A stretch of 64,000 nt of DNA from a bacterium (lineage in GTDB: Bacteria; Patescibacteriota; Andersenbacteria; UBA10190; CAIZMI01). Below are positions 51,287-59,700 of the stretch, piece after piece. The stretch is from positions 65,467 through 129,466 of the forward strand of contig JAUSJG010000008.1 of the NCBI GenBank assembly GCA_030647555.1. The letters run 5' to 3'. Each line of letters opens with the position of its first letter. Position 1 is the first letter of the stretch. Made by a program: the position numbers and the translations under genes. Below the pieces are notes generated by a model, which ran no database searches, had not been told where the DNA came from, and worked only from the letters and a program-made list of their open reading frames with translations.

Positions 51287-51861
51287 GGGCTGGTTCGCAT
51301 TGTCAGGGAAAAGAGGCCTTCTTGGAGCGACCGCTTCGTTATTGTCGATTTAATAAAATAAAAAAACATATTAATAAAAACTCAAACGTTTTGGATTTGG
51401 GTTGCGGATATAATGGTGATTTTCTAAAGTATATTGAAACTGATTTGGGGGCTGGAACAGGGGTTGATATTTCCGTAAATGCGAGTAATTCGCCAAAAAT
51501 TCGTTTAGTGAGAGGAAACTTAGAAGACCAACTGTGTTTTGCAGAAAATGTTTTTGATGTTGTTGTGTCATTGGCTAATTTAGAGCATTTATCTAACCCA
51601 GAAAAAATGTTAAAGGAAATAAAAAGGGTTCTTAAGCCCGGAGGTATTTTGCTTCTTACAACCCCAAGTAAGCGCGCTAAACCCGTTCTTGAGTTTTTAT
51701 CTTTTGGACTTGGGATAATCAGTAAACAAGAAATTGCTGATCATAAGCACTACTTTGACGAAAAAAGTTTAAGAAAATATATAAATGATGCAGGGTTTTC
51801 CTATTGTCAACACAAATATTTTCAACTTTTTATGAACAATTTTGTCATTGCCCATAAATAG
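51283..51861 (+). CDS. Class I SAM-dependent methyltransferase
   Basis: LDLGCGY, FDVVVSLANLEHL and RVLKPGG.LLLTTP. ATGA overlap at 51283-51286. Confidence 0.88.
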   Translation: MRAGSHCQGKEAFLERPLRYCRFNKIKKHINKNSNVLDLGCGYNGDFLKYIETDLGAGTGVDISVNASNSPKIRLVRGNLEDQLCFAENVFDVVVSLANLEHLSNPEKMLKEIKRVLKPGGILLLTTPSKRAKPVLEFLSFGLGIISKQEIADHKHYFDEKSLRKYINDAGFSYCQHKYFQLFMNNFVIAHK

Positions 51862-51890
51862 ATAATAGTGGTTAAGAATATTTTATTACG

Positions 51891-52140
51891 CCAATCAGGG
51901 TCCGGCCCCGGCTGAAGCCGGTGACGGACCCTATTGTTTTGCGCGACGATGCGGATTCCCGCCATCAGGCGAGGCTCGCCCCGATGGGTGGCCCGCTTCC
52001 CGCCGGTTGGCGGAGCTAGTTTTTTGGAGGTGTGTTAAGATTCTAATATCTAATTATGAAGAAAAAAATCGGGAAAAATAAAAATTTGTTAATTTATCAA
52101 GCGAAAAATGGCGCCATTGAGTTGCGTGGTGATTTTTCAC
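51891..52140 (+). repeat. Diverged direct copy of 63757..63942 (palindromes + promoter + rhuM-like 5' end)
   Basis: ccaatcagggtc...gctagttttttggaggtgtgtta...atgaagaaaaa.atcgggaaaaataaaaatttg...gatttttcac is present at both sites. Confidence 0.9.
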
Positions 52141-52169
52141 AAGTTCGCGAGCGATATTACTGCCGATAA
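52056..52169 (+). pseudogene. Truncated 5' remnant of a RhuM-family gene
   Basis: The first 28 aa (MKKKIGKNKNLLIYQAKNGAIELRGDFS) are identical to the gene starting at 63858. Unrelated sequence follows, with TAA at 52167-52169. Confidence 0.8.
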
Positions 52170-52364
52170 AGCCGGCGCCACCAATGATTAAGTATTTGGC
52201 CATCCTTGGTATATCAACTGCCAATACAAGCGATTTCGAATCGCTTGCAAAAGAGGTGGATTAGATTAAGTAAATTATTGGGCATTGGCTTATAGTGTGG
52301 AGGGTTGATTTACTATGAATAAATTGGCAGTTGTATTACTGGGCATGAAGTGAATATTGTGGGG
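52142..52364 (-). pseudogene. 5' remnant of a WbpP-like epimerase gene plus its upstream element (diverged copy of about 48980..49203)
   Basis: ATG 52203 gives MAKYLIIGGAGFIGSNIAREL versus MAKYLITGGAGFIGSNIAREL. The upstream IR core and hairpin are conserved. Confidence 0.85.
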
Positions 52365-52475
52365 AATTGGGGTGGGTGTCTAGGCACGGTTGGTCCGTTC
52401 TAGCCAAAGGGTTCTATAAAACAGACGTCGTCATTGCGAGAAGCCGAAGCGACGAAGCAATCTCCTCACGATATA

Positions 52476-52541
52476 CGGGAGATTGCTTTATCGACAACCC
52501 TCGCAGGGTCTGCCTCGCCTCGGGCGATGGCTCGCAAAGAC
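52476..52541 (+). repeat. Left arm of a 66-bp inverted repeat flanking rhuM
   Basis: 63/66 identical to the reverse complement of 53795..53860. Confidence 0.9.
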
Positions 52542-52619
52542 ACGAAAAGAGACAGAACAGGCCAACCGTGCCCTCGTCCAGAGTCCGTCGCCTCCAAAAA
52601 AACATCCGCAACACGCCTC

Positions 52620-52648
52620 TTGCAAACAAAACACGAACGATTTATAAT
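52620..52648 (+). promoter_or_regulatory. sigma70 promoter of rhuM
   Basis: TTGCAA-17 bp-TATAAT. Confidence 0.7.
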
Positions 52649-52662
52649 TATTTCATAAACAT

Positions 52663-53700
52663 ATGAAAAACAATAAGCGAAAAAATATCCCAAATAACAG
52701 TTTTACGGAATTTATTCTCTATACTACGCCGAATGGTAACGTAAAAGTTGAAATATTTTTACGAAATGAAAATATCTGGCTGACGCAAGACAAGATTGCT
52801 TTATTGTTTGGTACGCAAAGACCGGCGATTACCAAGCATTTGAACAATATTTTCGAGAGTGGTGAGTTAAGAGAAAATTCAGTTAGTTCCATTTTGGAAC
52901 ATACTGCCAATGACGGAAAAATATACAAGACAAAGTTTTATAATCTCGATGCGATTCTTTCGGTTGGATATCGGGTAAATAGTAAACAGGCGACACAATT
53001 TCGGATTTGGGCGACAGAACGACTGAAAGAATACATCATCAAGGGCTTTACGATGGATGATGAGCGATTGAAAACTCCCAACTACACTTTTGGCCAGGAT
53101 TATTTTGAAGAGCAACTGGCTCGTATCGCGGACATCCGCAGTAGCGAGCGTCGATTTTACCAAAAAATCACCGATATTTACGCGCAGTGCAGTGTGGACT
53201 ATGACAAAAATAGCACTGAAGCTCAACATTTTTTTGCCACCGTACAAAATAAATTACACTTCGCCATTTCAGGTAGCACGGCTGCAGAAATCATTACCGG
53301 TCGCGTAAGTAGTGCTAAGCCAAATATCGGTCTCACTAACTGGAAAAATAGTCCGCAAGGCGCAATTCGTAAAACTGATGTGGTAATTGCTAAAAATTAT
53401 CTAGATGAAGAAGAGCTCGCGGGTCTCAATAATATAGTTGAGCAATATCTTATCTTTGCTGAGTCGCAAGCGAAGCGTAAGCAAGCAATGTTCATGCTGG
53501 ATTGGGATAAAAAGTTAAGTGAATTTTTAAAACTCAATGATCGTAATATCTTGGGGGATTTGGGTAAGGTAAGTCATGCAGTGGCTGAAGTTTTGGCGCT
53601 GGGAGAATACGAAAAATTCAGAATAGAACAAGACAAAAACTACGTCTCCGACTTCGACCGCGAAGTAAAAAAGTTATTGGAAATCAAAAAGAAAAAATAG
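52663..53700 (+). CDS. rhuM: Virulence RhuM-family protein
   Basis: IWLTQ..IA.LF, YNLDAILSVGYRVNS..ATQFRIWAT..LKEY..KGF.MDDERLK, IRSSERRFYQK and AKNYL. Confidence 0.92.
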   Translation: MKNNKRKNIPNNSFTEFILYTTPNGNVKVEIFLRNENIWLTQDKIALLFGTQRPAITKHLNNIFESGELRENSVSSILEHTANDGKIYKTKFYNLDAILSVGYRVNSKQATQFRIWATERLKEYIIKGFTMDDERLKTPNYTFGQDYFEEQLARIADIRSSERRFYQKITDIYAQCSVDYDKNSTEAQHFFATVQNKLHFAISGSTAAEIITGRVSSAKPNIGLTNWKNSPQGAIRKTDVVIAKNYLDEEELAGLNNIVEQYLIFAESQAKRKQAMFMLDWDKKLSEFLKLNDRNILGDLGKVSHAVAEVLALGEYEKFRIEQDKNYVSDFDREVKKLLEIKKKK

Positions 53701-53794
53701 TCGCATATCGGTGTGGTTTCATCCTGATATGAGGGAGGGAATACGACGGGTTATACGCAAAACATAGTTCTGTAAGAAGGTTGTAAAAGATTAC

Positions 53795-53860
53795 GTCTTT
53801 GCGAGCCAACGCCCGAGGCGAGGCAGACCCTGCGAGGGTTACCGATAAAGCAATCTCCCG
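53795..53860 (-). repeat. Right arm of the 66-bp inverted repeat flanking rhuM
   Basis: gtctttgcgagcc...aaagcaatctcccg. Confidence 0.9.
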
Positions 53861-53978
53861 ACTGTTCATAAAATAAGACGGCGTTTATCGGCCATCTTTT
53901 AGATGTGTGAGTAGCCATTGTCGTTTTCATAGTCGTATCTGATTTGGTTTGTAAAATAATTAGCGGTATAATTTAAGT

Positions 53979-54287
53979 ATGATTGTGGATATGTTGTTGA
54001 GGGTATTTGGTGTTGATCCTAGTCAGTTTCAACACAATAGTGATAAGTGGGTTAGTTTGTCGATATATTTTGCAGATGTAGTTTATCTTATTCTTCCTTA
54101 TGTTTTGTTTTTAATCCCGTGGGTCTGGCTTGGAGTAAGAATGTGGAAGAAAAAAACAACAAATCGGAGCACTATTATTAAGGTTATCGTGGTCAGTTTA
54201 TTTTTACTTGGTATTGGTTTTATTCTTCCGGGAATAATTGAATACGTTTTTGCAGTATTAGCCATTCGTAGTTATTATGGCATGTAA
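53979..54287 (+). CDS. Small 2-TM membrane protein
   Basis: 102 aa. TATAAT lies 6 nt before the ATG, the 3' end overlaps the lipase start, and a paralogous N-terminus is at 62414. Confidence 0.75.
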   Translation: MIVDMLLRVFGVDPSQFQHNSDKWVSLSIYFADVVYLILPYVLFLIPWVWLGVRMWKKKTTNRSTIIKVIVVSLFLLGIGFILPGIIEYVFAVLAIRSYYGM

Positions 54288-56364
54288 AAAGTTAAACTTT
54301 GTGTTTTTTGCATTATTAAGTTTTAGTTTTTTCTTTACTTCTTCTTTCGCTTTTGCTACAGAAATTCAACGTCCGGTTATAATAGTTCCCGGCATGTTGG
54401 CTTCCTTTAATAAACCATTAATGAATGAGGACAAAAGTGGTGGTAAGTGGGGATTTGTATTTGGTGGAAATTACTATAAGGATTTAATAAAACTACTGAA
54501 GAAAAATGGTTACGAAGAAGGAAAAACCCTCTTTATTGCTTATTATGATTGGCGTAAATCTGCGGAAGATTCAGCCAAAAACTATCTTGTTCCGATTGTC
54601 AAAGAAGCGAAAGAAAAAAGTGGCAAAAATAAGGTTGATATTATTGCGCACAGCATGGGTGGTCTTGTAAGTCGCAGTTACATTCAGAGTAGCGGCTATG
54701 GTTATGATGTTTTACGATTGGTTATGCTAGGCACTCCAAATCTTGGTGCAGGGAGTGCTTATGTGGCTTGGGAAGGTGGGGAATATCCGAACGACTGGAA
54801 CTTTTTTGTTCAAAGATACGTAGGTACCATTGAAAAAAATCTCAAAAAAACTCATAACAAAAAAGATCTCACTCGCCCGCAGACTTTCCGCGAGTTCTTT
54901 CCCGGACTAAAAGACCTTCTGCCAATTTACTCGTTTACGAAAAAGGACGGTGTAGCAGTGACTGCCTGGGATCGAAAAGAGCAAAATACGTTTCTTAATT
55001 CCTTGAGCAATGGTCGTAATCTTCTGAAGAGTCGAGATGTTGAAGTTACGACAATTAGCGGGGCGGAAATAAACACTCTTGATAAAATTTATCTAACAAA
55101 GGAAAGTGATGATGATAAAACAAATCTTCGTTGGCGCGATGGAAAACCGATTGATTCCACAAGCTACATTAATACCGCAAAAGGTGATAAAACTGTTTTG
55201 TTTTCGAGTGCATCTTTGGAAAGTATCGAGCCATCTATGTACAAGGCTGTAAATGTCGAACACGTTGATTTGCCAAACTTCGCGCGAGAGGAAGTGTATA
55301 AAATCGTCAGTGCGCCCAAAGACGATGATTTTGTGTTAGTGTTTTTCGAGTTAAGTAAAAAGTATTTTGCTAATATATTCTCATCTTTTACGGCCAGGGC
55401 AGAGGATGATGGTATTTTATTGGCCGGTGGAATTGAAAGTGCGTCCTCAATCCCTGCACCGGAAAGTTATGAGCCTTACGTGGAACCCGATTCAGTTTTA
55501 GGTTTTACTGTTTCTCCGAACGTGACGTTTGAAATTATTGATCCAGATGGAAAAATACTTTCGCGTGATAAGAATGATCTTGGTGAAGACAATGCCAATT
55601 TTGATGATGATCCTACAGATAATGAAGATATTATCCTTGTGACCATTCGTAATCCAAAAGTGGGGAAGTATACTCTGAAAATTACCGGCAATACGTCCGG
55701 AGATTATTATGTTGATTCAACTTATGTGAATGATAATGGTGTATTTGATGATGAAAACACGGGAACTATTAAAGAAGGCGAAGAAAAGACACTGGAGGCT
55801 ACCGTTTCGGAAACCACTGGAGTGAATTTACCGTCGAGTGAAACCGATAAAGGTTCGGATGATACAACCACGACGGACGATAATAATACAACGGAAAATA
55901 AAACTGGTGATTCATCTGGTGCTAATACTTTCCGCCATCAGGCGGACCCGCCGTCGTGGCGGGCAAAAAATGTTCAAGGTTCGGTGCTGGGGACGGCGAC
56001 GGTGCGGGTGAAATTGTCCGCACTTATTTTTGGGGTTAAAGAACGACTGACGCGGGAGATTGCTTCGGCGCCAACGGCGCCTCGCAAAGACGAACGGCGT
56101 ATTGGCGACGCACTGAAGAAGAAGGATTATATTTTATTGATTGGGCCGGTGAATGAAATGCTTTCGCGGGCGCGGGCTTATGAAACGGCTTTGGCAACTA
56201 AGAAGGCAAAAGTTGCCGCGAAATTATTGCAGGAAATAAAAGGCGATTATGGTGATTTTGTTAACAAGGTTGAGAAATTAATTGCCACTGGGAAATTGAA
56301 TCAACAAACCGTGAATGTTTTGACGACCTTGGTGCAACGGTTGGGGAACGCGGGATTGCGGTGA
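54277..56364 (+). CDS. Secreted alpha/beta hydrolase (PGAP1/LCAT-like lipase) with acidic beta-domain and basic helical C-terminus
   Basis: Signal peptide ending AFA, PVIIVPG, YDWR, IIAHSMGGL nucleophile elbow, LGTPNLG, GDKTV and H.DLP. Confidence 0.85.
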   Translation: MACKKLNFVFFALLSFSFFFTSSFAFATEIQRPVIIVPGMLASFNKPLMNEDKSGGKWGFVFGGNYYKDLIKLLKKNGYEEGKTLFIAYYDWRKSAEDSAKNYLVPIVKEAKEKSGKNKVDIIAHSMGGLVSRSYIQSSGYGYDVLRLVMLGTPNLGAGSAYVAWEGGEYPNDWNFFVQRYVGTIEKNLKKTHNKKDLTRPQTFREFFPGLKDLLPIYSFTKKDGVAVTAWDRKEQNTFLNSLSNGRNLLKSRDVEVTTISGAEINTLDKIYLTKESDDDKTNLRWRDGKPIDSTSYINTAKGDKTVLFSSASLESIEPSMYKAVNVEHVDLPNFAREEVYKIVSAPKDDDFVLVFFELSKKYFANIFSSFTARAEDDGILLAGGIESASSIPAPESYEPYVEPDSVLGFTVSPNVTFEIIDPDGKILSRDKNDLGEDNANFDDDPTDNEDIILVTIRNPKVGKYTLKITGNTSGDYYVDSTYVNDNGVFDDENTGTIKEGEEKTLEATVSETTGVNLPSSETDKGSDDTTTTDDNNTTENKTGDSSGANTFRHQADPPSWRAKNVQGSVLGTATVRVKLSALIFGVKERLTREIASAPTAPRKDERRIGDALKKKDYILLIGPVNEMLSRARAYETALATKKAKVAAKLLQEIKGDYGDFVNKVEKLIATGKLNQQTVNVLTTLVQRLGNAGLR

Positions 56365-56461
56365 GGACGACGGATGCCGATCAGGGTCCGACCCTGGCGT
56401 GCAGGGACGGACCCTCTACGACTTACGCAGCGGTTGGGGAACGCGGGGTTGCGGTGAGGAC
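56334..56461 (+). repeat. 35-bp direct repeat of the lipase 3' end flanking REP-like palindromes
   Basis: 56334-56368 versus 56427-56461 (33/35 identical), with CAGGGTCCGACCCTG between them. Confidence 0.85.
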
Positions 56462-56702
56462 AGAATCCCTCCTCGCCTCCCTTTAACGAAAGGGAGGTAA
56501 CGGCTACGCGGATTCCTGCTTGAGGCAGGAATGACATGATGTGACGCTAAGGCGACTGACGTAAATACCCTATCCATCTTATGCTCACTACATCTCTGAC
56601 TGTGAGCGGTTACCACCACCATGTTTGGCAGAGAGCTCGCGTAATTTGACAATATTAACAAGAGGGTAATAATAAAGGTAGAATTGTTATTAACATAAAC
56701 AA

Positions 56703-59700
56703 ATGAAACTAAATATTTTAAGATTCGTGATTAAAGCCGTCGTCGTTTTTTTTGTCGTGGTTTTGGTTGGTGGTGGTGCGTATTTGGCAAAACAGTTTAT
56801 TCGTCAAGCCGGGGCCGCGGCAATAACCGTATCGGCGTTCAGTGTAAGCTCGTCGGTGGCATCCGCGCAGAATGTCACCTATACTTATACGTTTACCACA
56901 GCCGCGCAGTTGCTCGGCGTTGATTCCGACTATGTGACACTGGGCTTGCAGAGAGATTGGGGAACTTCGGTGAATTTTTGCAATGCCACCGTCGTTAGTA
57001 TTGTGAATGGATCCAGCGAAGACATTTCCGGCCAATTCGGCGCGATCCAAACAAATCCGAACAATTGCGATAATGTTAACTTGCCCGTCAGTGGCACGAT
57101 TTCCGCCTCGACGCAAATTACCGCGCAACTTAGCGGAGTGACGAATCCGAGTGTCGAAGGAGCTTATTGGCCATACGTTGCGGATTCCAAAAATAATCAA
57201 GCAACGACGGCGACGGCTCCACACCAACCAATCGGAACACCGATGTTAAAAGTGAAGGTTGTCCAGCCAGATGGTTCAACGGCTTCGGCCAACTCTAATG
57301 TTTGGATTCATACGTCAAATTACACGGCGAGCGGGGGAAAAAACACCGGCATTGATGGCAAAGCTTATATATTCGCGAGCGACATTTACGGGGCGCAAGG
57401 AGAATCGCGTAATGGAACTTATATAATCGAAGCATTCGCGCCGGACGGCAGTACTTATTCCAATGCCGTTTCAGTAAGCAACGTGGCGCTTACGGAGGGT
57501 TCCACCGTTGATTATACCCAGGCGCCTTTGGGAGCGGTCGCGCTGACGCGGGTGCAAATTACGGGGACGGTAAAAGTGCCGGCCGGTTGCACAAATTGCG
57601 TGGCGGCGGCCGGAAGCGCGGTGGCTGACGCGTCGGTGAATCTGATGGACGCGTCCTTCAATCCGCAACGCTCAAAATACACGCAAACCAACGCCAACGG
57701 CGTCTTTCGTTTTGGCGGTTTAGTGGCGGGTTCGTATCGGTTGGAGGTTCGTCTGCCATTTAGTTCCGCGAATTATTTGGGTTTAAACGAGCCGAGCGCG
57801 ATTGAATTTACCGTCAACGAAAACGGTTCGGTTACTTACGGAGAAATCACTACGGCAGCGGCGAGTTTACCGCATAATTTGGGCAATGTCGAATACGCCT
57901 TGGCCACAAAGACGATCTCCGGTACGGTTACTAAAGACGGGGTGGCGCTTTCCGGCGCGTCAATACGTGCGTTCAAAATGATGGGTTCGGGGATGGCGCA
58001 AACAACAACGGCGGGAAACGGAACATATTCGTTGCAGGTGGGCGGTGGCGCGTGGATGCTGATGCCGGACGTAAACTATATGGCCAATTTTAATGGCGAC
58101 CCTAATGATGACGTAACGGCGGACTGGATTTATTGCGATAAATCCAAAAGCGTGTCTTTTGCCACTGGCAATACGGTGGAAAGTTCGACCGGTAATAATT
58201 TCGATGTCAAAGGGACGGCCGCGACGATCACCGGCCGTGTTACTTATCCGAACGGCAGTCCGGTGTCGGGCAACGCTTCCGTGGATCTTTTTTCCAAAGA
58301 TGGTTGCAGTTCCTACGCTTCGGTAAATTGGCAAACGGGTGCGTTTTCGGTGGCGGTGCCGTCCGGCACGTATAATGTGAAAGTTAACACGTGGGATCAA
58401 AGTTACGGAACGCCTGCTACACAGACAATCACGGTGACGTCGGGAACCAACGCTTTAGGCGATCTTGCTTTGGTGGAAAAAGCGGCGCGGATTACAGGAA
58501 TGGTTTGGGCGGATGCTAACGGCAATAATTCATATGATGCCGGCGAGGGTGTTGGCAATATGCGTGTTGAAGCGTTTAAAATGGGACGGAAGTTTGACGA
58601 ATCGTCCGGCGGAATGGGCGGGTCGATGGGCGGTGGGGACTGGGCGAATACGAATTCTTCCGCCACCGAGGCGACGAAAGGGCAATTTACCTTAAATGTC
58701 ACTAGGGGTACGTGGGTAGTGAATGTGATGGCGGATAGGGGAATGATGGGTGGCGGATATTCGCAAAGTTCGACGAATTATATTTATAGCGGTGCGCCGA
58801 CGACGGTGAATATCACTTCCGATAGCGCGTCCAGCGCGAATAATAATTTTAAAATGTCAATTGCCGACGCGACAATCACCGGACGCGTGGTTGCGGCGGG
58901 CACCGAAACGGTTGTGTCTAATTTGTGGGGTTATGCTTTCGCGGAGTCTAATTCCGCGTATAACGCGGGGCCGATGATGGGCGCGGGAATGGGCAGTCCT
59001 ATTTCTAATGGCACATTTACTATTAAGGTGCCGGCCGGTACATACCGCGTCGGCGTGGATTTTCCGACGGACTCCGCCGGTTACACGCCGGCTAATATGA
59101 CAACTGTGACGGCAGTTTCCGGACAAAATACCAATGTAGACGTTTCCGTGCAACCGAATAATGCTACGGTGCGCGTGCGATTTAAAGATGGCAACGGAAA
59201 TCTAGTTACGAATTTAAGTTTCGCGGAAGTGTTTATGGATAATGGTAATGGTGGCCATGTTTGGAAAATGTTTAATTCTGCTAATTTGACTACCGGTTAT
59301 GTCGATGTTGTAGTGGCCGCGGGAACATGGCGGGTCGGTTACCATATTGATCCGGCGAGCAATAATTATATGAGTATTCCTAACACGGAAAACAACGTGA
59401 CGGCCGTGGCAAACACAACAGTAACTAAAGACGTTGTTTTGCGCTCCGCGGATTCCACGGTTTCCGGTACGGTCTATAACCCGAGCGGTTCACCGCTCGC
59501 TGGCGTATGGGTGTCGGTGGATAACCGCAAGTCGTCTTCTTTCCAACCGGGTATTGGGCCGATGTTCTCCGAGGGGAAGATGACCGGTTCTGATGGCACA
59601 TATTCGTTAAATATGCCCGCAGGTACTTATAAAATTGCCGCTTTTTTCCCACCCGAGGCGATGGTAGGCGGTACGACCGTTAATTATTTGAATCCGCAGG

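Noticed and set aside
52367-52693. Four overlapping 70-99 aa ORFs (similar cases at 4607-4822, 17163-17446, 53684-53869, 56301-56661)
   Set aside because: They coincide with GC-rich palindromic repeats, which are poor in stop codons, and show no protein-like features.
56334-56461. 35-bp direct repeats as a CRISPR array
   Set aside because: There are only two adjacent copies with a 58-bp palindromic spacer, the repeat is coding sequence, and no cas genes are present.
56536-56700. Possible riboswitch or ncRNA upstream of the giant surface protein
   Set aside because: I could not match any known RNA motif by eye; only a TTGACA box near 56646 is evident. An Rfam/Infernal scan would be needed.
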